Source: a virus (Duplodnaviria; Caudoviricetes). Taken from it: a stretch of 64,000 nucleotides of DNA. The notes beneath the pieces were generated by a model, which saw only the letters and a program-made list of their open reading frames with translations, was not told the DNA's origin and made no database searches. The DNA lies in IMG/VR virus record IMGVR_UViG_3300022746_000016, positions 64,001 to 128,000 of that record; one strand, 5' to 3'. Position numbers and translations under genes: made by a program. Below are positions 25,143 to 34,884 of this stretch, piece after piece; the stretch's first letter is position 1, and each line of letters opens with the position of its first letter.

Positions 25143-26170
25143 ATTTTCTTCCATGTACTAAATCTAAGTGTCGCTTCAATTCCCGAAAAGGTATTTGTAT
25201 TTATCGTTTCGAGAATCTCCTCGGGTGTCAAACCACCCTTAATTATCATATCATTGATATCTTTTTGTTCGATGTTTTCGGGAAACATACAAACACTGTA
25301 TCCAGCCTTAATGTTCTTAGCAAGTAATTTGCAGATATCTTTAGAACGAGGCTCATTGTCCATTACTAGCGTTGCATTAGTAAGAAGGCTCCGCACAGTA
25401 GGGGTGTCAAAAGAGCTTCCTGACACAGCAATGCAATTGGGGATGAAGAGAGAGTCGAGTGGACCCTCCACAACATAGATTCGTTTGCTGAAATCAATTC
25501 TGTCGAGTCCATAAATTTTCTCCTCAGTCTCGTCTACTTTAATTGTGTAATACTTAGGTTGTTCATCTCCGAACGCTCTGCCTTGAAAAGCAAAACACTT
25601 ACCAGCATTAGTAAAGAACGGGATGATCAGTCGTGGGTGTTCATCTACAATCGGCTCTTGAAACTTCGGTGTTACCGAATTAACGAATGCCTTAAACTTT
25701 GGAGCAAAGTAGAGAAGATTCCAGAACTCTCTGGGGATCTTCCTATCAATCAATGTCTTCAGTGCTGGATGTGTCATTGGTAACTTATCCATCCGTGTCA
25801 GAGATTCTAGGACATCGTCTTCAAGCAAGTCAACTGTTGGAGTTTCTAAAACAACTCGAGTGTCTGAGACGTCTTTGTGGTCATGGTATCGAGTCGCTCC
25901 AGCTTTGTAGCGTTCAAGAACATACTCATCGTAGAGAGTTGCGTCAACATACTTGATTAAGTTACCGATGTTGGACGAGTAACCGCACTTGTGACACTTT
26001 GCAAGAAGGTCAGCACGAGCACGATAGATGTAACCACGTGCTTTATTTTTATTGCGTGTACTATCCCCACAAACTGGACAACTGAAGTTCCAGAGGTAAT
26101 CTTTCTTTTGTTTGAAATTTCTTAGGCGACCACCCAAGATTTGAGCATACTTTGCATCAATGTATAGCAT
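25139..26170 (-). CDS. 61: DNA primase (gp61)
   Basis: CPVCGDS zinc finger, EGPLDS, DNEPR and KDIND motifs. Confidence 0.93.
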   Translation of the reverse strand: MLYIDAKYAQILGGRLRNFKQKKDYLWNFSCPVCGDSTRNKNKARGYIYRARADLLAKCHKCGYSSNIGNLIKYVDATLYDEYVLERYKAGATRYHDHKDVSDTRVVLETPTVDLLEDDVLESLTRMDKLPMTHPALKTLIDRKIPREFWNLLYFAPKFKAFVNSVTPKFQEPIVDEHPRLIIPFFTNAGKCFAFQGRAFGDEQPKYYTIKVDETEEKIYGLDRIDFSKRIYVVEGPLDSLFIPNCIAVSGSSFDTPTVRSLLTNATLVMDNEPRSKDICKLLAKNIKAGYSVCMFPENIEQKDINDMIIKGGLTPEEILETINTNTFSGIEATLRFSTWKKI

Positions 26171-26229
26171 AATGAAAAACTCCACGATAAGGTACTATTA
26201 TACCCTAACGTGGAGTTGCAAGCAAACTT

Positions 26230-26586
26230 TTATTTGCCGAAGAACTTTGAGAAAATCTCTAAATGTCCTACAACATATCCTACTGCAATTGCACCACCAA
26301 CAATCATCCATCTCCAATTTTCAAGAACGTCTACACGTTTTGCAATCTTATCGATGTCAGCTTTGATTTCCTTTTGGATCTCTTCATGCTGTTCGGCGCT
26401 CTTAGTTGAATTAGTAGCCATCTTTGCAGTTAGGCTCTTATCCATGTTATCGATCTTTTCCATAATTTCCCTGTTGCCAGTGGTTATTCTGGAATGTACT
26501 TCTTTGACGTCAGCTTTAAGGTCTTTGACGTCATCTTTGATACCTTCGACTTGTGCTTCCAATTTAGCAATTCTTTCTGTTTCCAT
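26230..26586 (-). CDS. Coiled-coil protein with C-terminal TM (possible lysis accessory)
   Basis: LENWRWMIVGG TM; next to spanins. Confidence 0.65.
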   Translation of the reverse strand: METERIAKLEAQVEGIKDDVKDLKADVKEVHSRITTGNREIMEKIDNMDKSLTAKMATNSTKSAEQHEEIQKEIKADIDKIAKRVDVLENWRWMIVGGAIAVGYVVGHLEIFSKFFGK

Positions 26587-26595
26587 TGGTATAGT

Positions 26596-27186
26596 TCACT
26601 TATTGTAGATTGATTGTTGTTCTCTAACCCACTCTTGAAGTGAATTCAACTGTTGGCTTACTTGGTGGTAGAGGGTATAGTTTTCTGTGACTGTGTTTGC
26701 GACGCCAGAGAGTTTAACGCTGGAGGCTCCTTCATCAACGCCTCTGGAGGAGTTGGGAACTTCATTGCGACTGGCACTGTCGTGGAGCAAGACGAAACCA
26801 TTAGGGATAACACACTGACCATCATCAGACGCAGTGATAAACTTTGGCACTTCTTTAAGGATTGCATCACCCTTCTCCTTGACAATTTCGATTTTTGTAA
26901 TATATTTAGTAATAACCTTAGTTGAGGCTTCAGCAGAAGCTACCTCTTTCTTGGCCATTTCCAGTTTAGCTTCAGCTACTTTGGCTTCCCAACGATCTTG
27001 GTTTGAGATACCACCTTCCATGTAAAGACCAAAAATCAGCAAAAATGCTGATGCTATCTTCACAGGGAGTAGATATGTGTTTATGAATGGGATTGAACCG
27101 ACAAAGAATGAGACAAAAAGACCGACAACACCAGCCAATAAGACTAGGTGGAATACCCAGAATGGTAGGAAATCAAGTATCCACAT
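26596..27186 (-). CDS. Putative inner-membrane spanin (Rz-like)
   Basis: N-terminal TMs, coiled coil, CVIPNGFVLLHD. Confidence 0.65.
   Translation of the reverse strand: MWILDFLPFWVFHLVLLAGVVGLFVSFFVGSIPFINTYLLPVKIASAFLLIFGLYMEGGISNQDRWEAKVAEAKLEMAKKEVASAEASTKVITKYITKIEIVKEKGDAILKEVPKFITASDDGQCVIPNGFVLLHDSASRNEVPNSSRGVDEGASSVKLSGVANTVTENYTLYHQVSQQLNSLQEWVREQQSIYNK
26658..26867 (-). CDS. Putative outer-membrane spanin lipoprotein (Rz1-like), embedded
   Basis: Alternate frame; hydrophobic stretch plus lipobox VSSC; Pro-rich FPTPPEALMKEPP. Confidence 0.6.
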   Translation of the reverse strand: MQSLKKCQSLSLRLMMVSVLSLMVSSCSTTVPVAMKFPTPPEALMKEPPALNSLASQTQSQKTIPSTTK

Positions 27187-27187
27187 A

Positions 27188-27727
27188 TTAAGCCTTTACT
27201 GGGCTGCCACGGCGAGCCATGATCTGATACTTCTTAATGTTCTTCTTTTGTATTTTTGGTTCTTGTACAGATACTGGACCAGCAGTATTGTTTGTTGGAG
27301 CACCACCGACAGCAGCAACACCCATACCTTCTTCAGATAGAACTTTGTTGACAATCAGTTGTTCTTCGGCAAGCACTACATCGCTATCGATGATACGCAT
27401 AATGTGCTTGTAGCGGTCTTCCATTAGAGATGTAGTGCGGGCACCACTCTCATAGTATTCTTTGACTAACCATAGAGCACCAACAAGAGACTTCATTCTG
27501 TTCTCACCACCTGGAAGACGGTTCAGAATTTTCTTCATGTTGAATACTAGACGATTTAGATAAGTGTATGCACTACGTTCTTGATCAGTAGTGAGAGTGC
27601 TCATCTTACGTAGATTGTTACCTTGATGATCGATGATACCTAACTTGAAGGCTTCAGTGTCCTCAAAGTTCTGAGTGATCATTCTAACGATTCTCAATGC
27701 GATTAAATTGTCTACGATTCTTGACAT
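27188..27727 (-). CDS. Conserved T4-like hypothetical protein
   Basis: AFKLGIID...AYTYLNRLVFNMK. Confidence 0.75.
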   Translation of the reverse strand: MSRIVDNLIALRIVRMITQNFEDTEAFKLGIIDHQGNNLRKMSTLTTDQERSAYTYLNRLVFNMKKILNRLPGGENRMKSLVGALWLVKEYYESGARTTSLMEDRYKHIMRIIDSDVVLAEEQLIVNKVLSEEGMGVAAVGGAPTNNTAGPVSVQEPKIQKKNIKKYQIMARRGSPVKA

Positions 27728-27738
27728 TTATTTTCCTA

Positions 27739-28497
27739 TTATAATGAGCCACCATCGTACTGATGGAATGCCCAAAACTTCTCTTTACACCACCAACACT
27801 TCATACAAGGTTTTCTCCAACCATCTGTTTGTAGAATGTCGGAGCTAATGCAAGACTTTGTTAGTGGAAACAGTTTCTTTAGAAACTCAATCTTATTGTA
27901 ATACTCAGCTATGAATGAACGATCAACGTTACCCAAAAACCTAGAAATCATAACAACACACTCATCTGGGTTGTCAGTCTTCTTGTTATATTTATCCATC
28001 ATACTTAGAACATGCTCTTGCGGTACGTTCTCACCTTCTCGTCTAACAAGGGCAGGTGGAAACGGTATACCAAAAGATTCGCAAACTTCTTTAGGAGGGT
28101 TCTTAGTGCGCCCACCAAAGAATGATTGGATGCCAATGTTGGCAATAATCTTAGCAGTCTCTCTCTTTATAGCAGAACCTTTACTTTCAGTCTCGGTCTC
28201 TACGAATTGAATATATCTTCTAACAAATTTAATGTTCGGGAATTCTTTTTCAAACCTATCGATAATAAGGTCGAAGTCTGGTTTGGATTTTGGAGCACGA
28301 ACTAAATCAACGCAATGCAACGCAGTTATTTCAACTCCAGTTCTATCGTGTTCTGTAATATATGAACAGACCAGATATAGAACTAATGCAGAGTCAGTAC
28401 CACTCGATACTGAGACGCATAATTTTGTATGGTTTTCTGGGATACATAACTTAGCAGTTTGTGTACCATCGGAATTAGTATAAACATTTTCAATCAT
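27739..28497 (-). CDS. PP-loop (QueC-like) adenine nucleotide alpha-hydrolase
   Basis: SSGTDS PP-loop; C-terminal SC...CMKCWWC. Confidence 0.65.
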   Translation of the reverse strand: MIENVYTNSDGTQTAKLCIPENHTKLCVSVSSGTDSALVLYLVCSYITEHDRTGVEITALHCVDLVRAPKSKPDFDLIIDRFEKEFPNIKFVRRYIQFVETETESKGSAIKRETAKIIANIGIQSFFGGRTKNPPKEVCESFGIPFPPALVRREGENVPQEHVLSMMDKYNKKTDNPDECVVMISRFLGNVDRSFIAEYYNKIEFLKKLFPLTKSCISSDILQTDGWRKPCMKCWWCKEKFWAFHQYDGGSL

Positions 28498-28877
28498 AAT
28501 TTTCTCAATGATGAGATGATAGTTTCATCTAACTTAATTTCTGAGAGAACAATTCCGTATTCAGGAATCATCTCTGGCATACGTTCAAGGTATACTAAGA
28601 ATGTAATCAGGGCATCCCAACTAGATTCTTCAATTTTATAAAACAGCATTCTTGTAGCAGCATCACCAAAGATGTTATACAAGACTATGATATGATTCAA
28701 AATCAATCTCTCTCTTAACTCACCGTTGTTCTTATAACGTGACAGCAGTTTTTTAAGATAGAGAATCTTCTTCAGATCTTCTTCAAACTCGGCAAGGCTA
28801 TGACACTGTGTATTGTCATAGTGGTGCATCGCATAAAGAAGGAAATTACTCTCATTTAATTTTTCAGTCATACTCAC
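28494..28877 (-). CDS. Conserved T4-like hypothetical protein
   Basis: NFLLYAM..YDN..C...ERLILNH. Confidence 0.8.
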   Translation of the reverse strand: MSMTEKLNESNFLLYAMHHYDNTQCHSLAEFEEDLKKILYLKKLLSRYKNNGELRERLILNHIIVLYNIFGDAATRMLFYKIEESSWDALITFLVYLERMPEMIPEYGIVLSEIKLDETIISSLRKL

Positions 28878-28883
28878 ATTTCA

Positions 28884-28910
28884 AAAAAATGGGGGAACAA
28901 TTCCCCCATT
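28884..28910 (-). terminator. Intrinsic terminator
   Basis: ATGGGGGAA/TTCCCCCAT hairpin plus T-run. Confidence 0.7.
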
Positions 28911-28926
28911 ATTACATAGCTACTTA

Positions 28927-29406
28927 TTAGACGTCTGCTAGGACTGCGTCGTCAGCAGCATCACCAGCAATAGTACCCATTGCTACTAGTGTCTCAACTT
29001 TGTGACGAGTATTACCTTCAGAGTCTTGGTAAGTAGTATACTTAACCCAACCTGGAGTCTTCAAACCACGAGCACGGTTTGCTGCCAACTCTGCTTCGTA
29101 GCGTGGGCTACCAGAGTCTACACCGTAAACTTGAGCCAAAGAATCGCTTGGTATGTATGCTGGTTGTTCGTTTGCTAGAACAGTTAAGTCAGCAGCTGTA
29201 GTACCACCATAAACTACGTTTAAAGTTAGGTGAGTGTTATCGGTGATAGAATCGATGCGATATTCTACGTTAGCGATAACAAGAGTGTTACCACTCTTAA
29301 GTTCAGTTGTAAATGTAGTACCTGTACCAACAACTGCTTTACTGTTGTTTGTTACAGCGATAGTGCCAGTGACAGTCTTGCTGTCTTTGTTTCCCCATAG
29401 TGCCAT
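28927..29406 (-). CDS. Putative virion structural protein
   Basis: MALWG...GTGTTF beta repeats...PGWV...RHKVETLVAM. Confidence 0.7.
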   Translation of the reverse strand: MALWGNKDSKTVTGTIAVTNNSKAVVGTGTTFTTELKSGNTLVIANVEYRIDSITDNTHLTLNVVYGGTTAADLTVLANEQPAYIPSDSLAQVYGVDSGSPRYEAELAANRARGLKTPGWVKYTTYQDSEGNTRHKVETLVAMGTIAGDAADDAVLADV

Positions 29407-29432
29407 TTTATTTCTCCTTGATTGGACTATTA

Positions 29433-32165
29433 TTATTTATGCAACTTAGAGTTGCCGAGATTTTTACGAGCACCAGACTTGGAGCCGACCTTACGACCTG
29501 CTTTTGGCGCATCATCATTATCAGTTTCTGGTTCATCTTTCTGTAGAGAACCACCATAACGTGAACCCTTCTTAACACCAGCACCACCACCTTGCTTAGC
29601 ACCATCGTACTTAGCTTTGTATTCTGGAGTTCCTGGCCACATACCTTCTTTCAGTGCTTGGAGCAATTCAGAAACAGAGAAGCCTTCTTTCTTAACAGTT
29701 TCGAACTTTTCTTCGTGTGGTTTATCACCAGCGGCATTTACCAAGTCAGACTCAACAGCTGGCTTTTTGTTCTTTGGAGCAACTGGTTTGTCTTTCTGGT
29801 CTGGAGTCATTGCGTTGATTTTAGCTTCTTCCAAGTCAGCATCTTCTTTACGTAGAGCACGCCCGATAGCCTTGTTATGTGCTTGACCAGTCTTGTGTTC
29901 TGGTTCGGCATCAGGTACTGGATTGTTTAGTTTGAAACGAGCACCACGAGAAGCATCCATCATCTTACGCTTAGTAGCGTTTTCTTTGTTGCGTTCTTCG
30001 ATCTGTTCAACTTCTTCCTTTAGATCAGAGTGTTTGATCTTAGTCTTTGGACCATCGTTGGCAGAGTGTAGGTGAACATCATCACCTTGACGCTTTGCAG
30101 TCCAGTGACGACCATCTTCAGTCTTGAACTTGTGTTCTTGATCGTGCTTCAAAGCATGGATAGCTTGGTGGTGTTCTGGGTGTAATGGAACAGAGAAAGA
30201 AGCGCCATGATGGGCAGTCTTCATAGTACCCCAAGAATACTTCTTAGTCTCAACCTTAGCGTATGATTCTTCGATAGCTTCTTCAGCTTTCTTCTTTGTT
30301 TTTGCTGGTGCGCTAGTCAATGTAGGAATAGAATCATCACCAGACGATTGCAATGTACCTTCTTTAACTAGGGTGATGAATGACTTTAATCCCATTGTGT
30401 TCTCCTGAGTTTCTTCTTTAATACGTGAACGATTGATACTTTCGATTTCTTTACGAACTTTGTGAGTATCGTTACCGAATTTCTTGTGGTGTGCATGAAC
30501 AGCTGTCAAGTAAGCTAGACGTTTTTCAACGCCACTCTTGTCACCAGTAACTGAACCTTTGTCCATAGATTGAACTGATTTCCATGAAGCTGCCATAGAT
30601 TCTTCTAGGCTCTCAGCTTCTTCTTTAACTGGTTTGCGCCAGTTCTTATTACCATGATGACGATCTAGATGTCGTGCTAGAGATTCTCTTTCAGAATCAG
30701 TGGCACGTTTGTGATAATATGCTTTCTTAGCAGAGTCTGCGCTATACATACGTGGGTTGCCAGCGATTTCGCTAGGGTCTACACCTTCGTCTAGTTCAAC
30801 AGACTCTTTAAATCCCATAGCCTTTTCGTGGTGTTGTTCTGATTTCTCAGCATGACGATCAGCTTCGCTATGGCGACCCTTCTCACCATGCCATTGAGAT
30901 AGGTTATCGTGATGGTCAGCCATGTGCATGTGGTGTGCGAACATATCACCCTGCGCTTTAGCAGAGTCAGCAGACTTCTTGTTCTCTTCTGACTTTTCAT
31001 AAGAACCAGTTTCTTCAGCCATTGTGCGGATCTTAGAAACGATCTTACCATAGCTCTTAGCTTTTGGGTCTTTCGGAGCGATAACTACTGGTGACTTTTG
31101 TTTATATGCACCACGCTTCTCTTCTTCGTGAATCTGATAACCTTGTTTAGTCAAGTGAGCACGAGCCAAATGTTCCAAGTCTTTCTTTGGACGAGGTGTT
31201 AATGGAGTAGTCACATGACGCTCATGTTTCTTACCATCGTTAACTCCAGGCTTTGATACATTGTACTTGTAAGTGTGACGATACAACTCACCACCTTCGT
31301 CATCTTCACGACGACGTTTAGCAAAACCTGTACGATTGTCGTGGACGCTTTCTGTGAAAATCATTTCTTCCTCTTCTGTGATGCTCTCGTTAGTCTTCTG
31401 TGGTGCTGGCTTCTTTAGAAGTTCTTCTCCAGCCTTACGTGCAGAAGCAGCTTTCTCTTGTTCACGTTGGAATGCTTTCTGTAGCTTCATGGCAGCAGTC
31501 ATACGCACTTCCATAAATGTCTGATAGCTAATGGCTTCTTCTTTAATACCAGAACCTTTACGAACATCGCTCATTAACTCATGAGCGTGTTTGTCAGAAA
31601 CGTGAGATGGAACACCCTTACGGAATTCCTTGAAATTGTTTTCGTGCGCATGTTGACGCATCTTAGTACCAGACATACCTTCAGTACCTTCAGAGTCTGG
31701 ATCACGATCTCCAGAAGAGTGCATTGTAATGCTCTTGAAGTTATAGTGGCCATGGCCAGCTTCTTTGTTATTGTACTGGTGCAATAGCTTATGTAGTTGT
31801 TCGTGACGATCAGAACCAGCAACAACGTGTAGGTGTTCAACACCTTTCTTATGCAACTCAGCTGCATGATGTAGGATTGTTGGGGATTCTTTAGAAGAAG
31901 ATGAAACGTTAGTCTCTGGAGAGTAACGCTTTAGGTGTTTAATTTTCTGCTCTGGAGTCAGAGGATTCTTCTTAGCATCATTGGAGTGAGAAACAACTAG
32001 AGAATGTTCTGCTCCATGCTTTTTAGCGACAGCATGTAGCTTGTTGATAACCTGCATGTGCCCAGTTGTAGGTGGGTTCATACGAGTAAAGGCAGTCACA
32101 TGGTGCTTTTCAGAACCATGACCACCTGCATCTTTAGCTTCGAATAATTCTTTAAAAGTAATCAT
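29433..32165 (-). CDS. Large His-rich internal virion protein with N-terminal cytidylyltransferase-like domain
   Basis: MITFKELFE start; RMNPPTTGH, AGSDR and MSGTKMR motifs; many [ILV]-x-E sites. Confidence 0.75.
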   Translation of the reverse strand: MITFKELFEAKDAGGHGSEKHHVTAFTRMNPPTTGHMQVINKLHAVAKKHGAEHSLVVSHSNDAKKNPLTPEQKIKHLKRYSPETNVSSSSKESPTILHHAAELHKKGVEHLHVVAGSDRHEQLHKLLHQYNNKEAGHGHYNFKSITMHSSGDRDPDSEGTEGMSGTKMRQHAHENNFKEFRKGVPSHVSDKHAHELMSDVRKGSGIKEEAISYQTFMEVRMTAAMKLQKAFQREQEKAASARKAGEELLKKPAPQKTNESITEEEEMIFTESVHDNRTGFAKRRREDDEGGELYRHTYKYNVSKPGVNDGKKHERHVTTPLTPRPKKDLEHLARAHLTKQGYQIHEEEKRGAYKQKSPVVIAPKDPKAKSYGKIVSKIRTMAEETGSYEKSEENKKSADSAKAQGDMFAHHMHMADHHDNLSQWHGEKGRHSEADRHAEKSEQHHEKAMGFKESVELDEGVDPSEIAGNPRMYSADSAKKAYYHKRATDSERESLARHLDRHHGNKNWRKPVKEEAESLEESMAASWKSVQSMDKGSVTGDKSGVEKRLAYLTAVHAHHKKFGNDTHKVRKEIESINRSRIKEETQENTMGLKSFITLVKEGTLQSSGDDSIPTLTSAPAKTKKKAEEAIEESYAKVETKKYSWGTMKTAHHGASFSVPLHPEHHQAIHALKHDQEHKFKTEDGRHWTAKRQGDDVHLHSANDGPKTKIKHSDLKEEVEQIEERNKENATKRKMMDASRGARFKLNNPVPDAEPEHKTGQAHNKAIGRALRKEDADLEEAKINAMTPDQKDKPVAPKNKKPAVESDLVNAAGDKPHEEKFETVKKEGFSVSELLQALKEGMWPGTPEYKAKYDGAKQGGGAGVKKGSRYGGSLQKDEPETDNDDAPKAGRKVGSKSGARKNLGNSKLHK

Positions 32166-32169
32166 AGTC

Positions 32170-32280
32170 TTACTCTTTAACACAAGAACCTTCAGCACAT
32201 GGTTTAGTTCCAGGCTTGTGCTTGTAACCTTTCCAGCACGTACAGTTGTTTTCGATTAGATAGTCGATGAATGATTTCAT
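32170..32280 (-). CDS. Small Cys-rich peptide MKSFIDYLIE...CWKGY...CVKE
   Basis: Manual 36-aa ORF overlapping the upstream stop. Confidence 0.6.
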   Translation of the reverse strand: MKSFIDYLIENNCTCWKGYKHKPGTKPCAEGSCVKE

Positions 32281-33527
32281 GTGCCTTGATTCCACTTTTT
32301 AATTTTTAGTAAGTTGGCTTTACTGAACTCTTTACGATTAACCAGCTTAGTTGGTTCAGTACGACCTTCGTGTTCATGATTAACAACGAAACCTTCTGGA
32401 TCAGTTTTAGAACTGTCGATATGATGTTCAAAACCACCAGTGTGTTTGTTTAGGTTAGTAACCAATGTATCTTTAGCCTTTTGTAGATGCTGATGCATTC
32501 CCAATAGGTTTTCATAATGAGACTTATTAGCTTCGATATGAGCAGCATGTTCTGTACCTTCAGCTTTTTTCTTAGCTTGTCCAGCTTCAGACTTTAGCTT
32601 ACCAGCTGCTTTTTCGAAGTGAGCTTCCATGTGCTTCTTGAAACCACCAGCAGTTGGGATCTCGGCATCACGCACAGTAGAGTTAATGTAAGTACCTAGA
32701 TGTCCACCTTCACCAGCATGAGACTTATGGATAGCACCATACATCTTAGCTCCATGAGTATCGTGAATTTCTTTCGCAGCAGCCATGTGCTTGTGGAAAG
32801 TTTCTTGATCTTTTTGTGGATAGTCAATCTTACTTGTATCGTGTTCAGCAGACTTCAAGTGGACATCTTTGTGTTGTCCAAAGTTATGCATATCTGGATG
32901 TGGAGTAGCAGACATATTGTGCAACTCTTTGTCAGATCCATGTTCATATTTCTGGTGAACTACTACACCAACTTTAGAAGCAGCAGCTTTCTTAGCTTCT
33001 TCTCCATGGGCAGTATATGTAATAGTGTTTGGTGTGAACTTAGCAGTTCCAGTTTTCTTATCATGCTGTACATCACCATGAGAGTGCATCAAGTCACCTT
33101 GATAAACACCTTGATTTGGAGCAACTTTAGGTAGGTGTTCAAGAGCAGCACTTAGTTTAGTGACAAGACCTGGAGCATGTCCATGGTTCTTTTGAATGTC
33201 AGCATGAGAATAGTTTAGCTTAGGGTCTTTGTTGAATGCAGATTTAGAAGCAACAAAGAACTTACCAGACTTTGGGTGGTGTCCGAATACTACAGATGGA
33301 GAACCATCATACTTCATAGTAAGATTAGTATTGTGGTGACCAGCCTTCATGTGTTCATGGGCTTGGAGAAGAGAACCACGAGCATGCTCGAAACCACCAG
33401 CACCGTGCATCAATGGACGGTCTTCGGCATGGTGAATATGTTTCAGTTGTTGTGGGTCATCCTTTGCGTTGGATCCATGACCCAAAGCATCTTTCTCTTC
33501 TTTTAAGTAAGTTAGAAATGACTTCAT
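32277..33527 (-). CDS. Ligase-like nucleotidyltransferase (DUF6267-like)
   Basis: TMKYDGSP (KxDG), EGFV and KLV motifs. Confidence 0.7.
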   Translation of the reverse strand: MKSFLTYLKEEKDALGHGSNAKDDPQQLKHIHHAEDRPLMHGAGGFEHARGSLLQAHEHMKAGHHNTNLTMKYDGSPSVVFGHHPKSGKFFVASKSAFNKDPKLNYSHADIQKNHGHAPGLVTKLSAALEHLPKVAPNQGVYQGDLMHSHGDVQHDKKTGTAKFTPNTITYTAHGEEAKKAAASKVGVVVHQKYEHGSDKELHNMSATPHPDMHNFGQHKDVHLKSAEHDTSKIDYPQKDQETFHKHMAAAKEIHDTHGAKMYGAIHKSHAGEGGHLGTYINSTVRDAEIPTAGGFKKHMEAHFEKAAGKLKSEAGQAKKKAEGTEHAAHIEANKSHYENLLGMHQHLQKAKDTLVTNLNKHTGGFEHHIDSSKTDPEGFVVNHEHEGRTEPTKLVNRKEFSKANLLKIKKWNQGT

Positions 33528-33528
33528 C

Positions 33529-33966
33529 TTATCCCTTTAACGAAGCACGCAATTGCCAGCCATGCTTCTCGTGTGTATCGATACGATCTGCAATAAAGTT
33601 ACAGAGTCCTTGCTTGTTTTCTTTCTGAGCAAGGGCGAATACTTTATTTAGGCTATACAAGACTTGATCGTTTGCAGCCAATGCAGCAGACAACATACCT
33701 TGGATGTCTGGGATACTACTTTCTTCCATAATAGTTTTGTTATTATACAACTCCATCAAACTCATTGGAGCATAAACATCTAGCTTACGAAGGTTTTCAG
33801 CAAGTGGGTCTACTGCACCATAAACATCGTCGTATAAGTCTCCGAAGAATCCATGGAACTCAGCGAAGTCTCTTCCTTCAGTATTCCAGTGGAAAGAATG
33901 TAGCTTAAAGTACATTACGAAGGTGTTTGCTAAAGCCACCTTTAGGGCTGCTGTTAATTCTGTCAT
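33529..33966 (-). CDS. dps: Dps/ferritin-like protein
   Basis: HSFHWN.EG..F..FH..., D..AE, HEKHGWQL. Confidence 0.9.
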   Translation of the reverse strand: MTELTAALKVALANTFVMYFKLHSFHWNTEGRDFAEFHGFFGDLYDDVYGAVDPLAENLRKLDVYAPMSLMELYNNKTIMEESSIPDIQGMLSAALAANDQVLYSLNKVFALAQKENKQGLCNFIADRIDTHEKHGWQLRASLKG

Positions 33967-34841
33967 TTGTTTTTCTTTCTCCACTCTTTGAATGATTCCT
34001 TGAACATAGGATCAAACGGTTGTTTAAAATCTTCTGGACATACTCCAGTGTGTTCTTTACCACACTGAGGGCAGTTTTCTGTCTCAATCTGTGGGTGCTT
34101 CTTTGGTCTTGTTTTTATTTGAGTAGGTTGCAAGTCTTGAATCCATTTAGAAGTAAGTTTACCTGATGCTTCTTTTACAAGCAAGTGATTAGAACCACGC
34201 TTCACAATCTCGAATTGTTCACCGTTTGATTCTACGATTTCCCCGACCTTAAAGATTTCTCCACGGAAATACTTTTCACGGAGATCATCTTTGACTAGGT
34301 TAATTTGTTCTTTGATAGCTTCCAAGCCAGTACCGATACGAACGTCGTTCATCAAACGACGAGAGTCGATCTCTCTAACTGAAGTTGGAAGACCCTTTTT
34401 AAATTCTTCATACAACCCTTTGGCTGCAGCAGAACGGAGTGATTCATCAGAGTCTGGATCTTTCTCACCAGCTGCGATAACCTCAACACCTAAACGTCGG
34501 AATGCAGCAGCCTTATCTGAACTGGTAACGATAACGACATTCTTATAGTTCTCTTTGAGTTGCTTAACTAAGTTAGGCAAAGTCTCTGCAGACTCAACAA
34601 AGTTGGTCTTAGGGAACACCAGATTAAGATACTGGAGTTTCTTTTCTACTAACAGGGGATTCTTTTTGTTATCTGATGCAGCGGATGCATAGATTACGTG
34701 GTCTGCGCTTCTTTGTTCGGCGAGTTTTTTGACAGCCTTGATAACAAGTTCGTGCCCCATCGTTGGAGGGTTAAACTTTCCACAGGCTAGAACAACCGTT
34801 TTGGATGGTAGTTCTTTTATAAGTTGTTTGTAATCTTTCAT
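33963..34841 (-). CDS. Cytidylyltransferase-like protein
   Basis: GKFNPPTMGH and KNPL motifs. Confidence 0.75.
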   Translation of the reverse strand: MKDYKQLIKELPSKTVVLACGKFNPPTMGHELVIKAVKKLAEQRSADHVIYASAASDNKKNPLLVEKKLQYLNLVFPKTNFVESAETLPNLVKQLKENYKNVVIVTSSDKAAAFRRLGVEVIAAGEKDPDSDESLRSAAAKGLYEEFKKGLPTSVREIDSRRLMNDVRIGTGLEAIKEQINLVKDDLREKYFRGEIFKVGEIVESNGEQFEIVKRGSNHLLVKEASGKLTSKWIQDLQPTQIKTRPKKHPQIETENCPQCGKEHTGVCPEDFKQPFDPMFKESFKEWRKKNK

Positions 34842-34884
34842 TTAATCCATCTATAAAGTAGTATACAGTTATTTATAATCGCTA

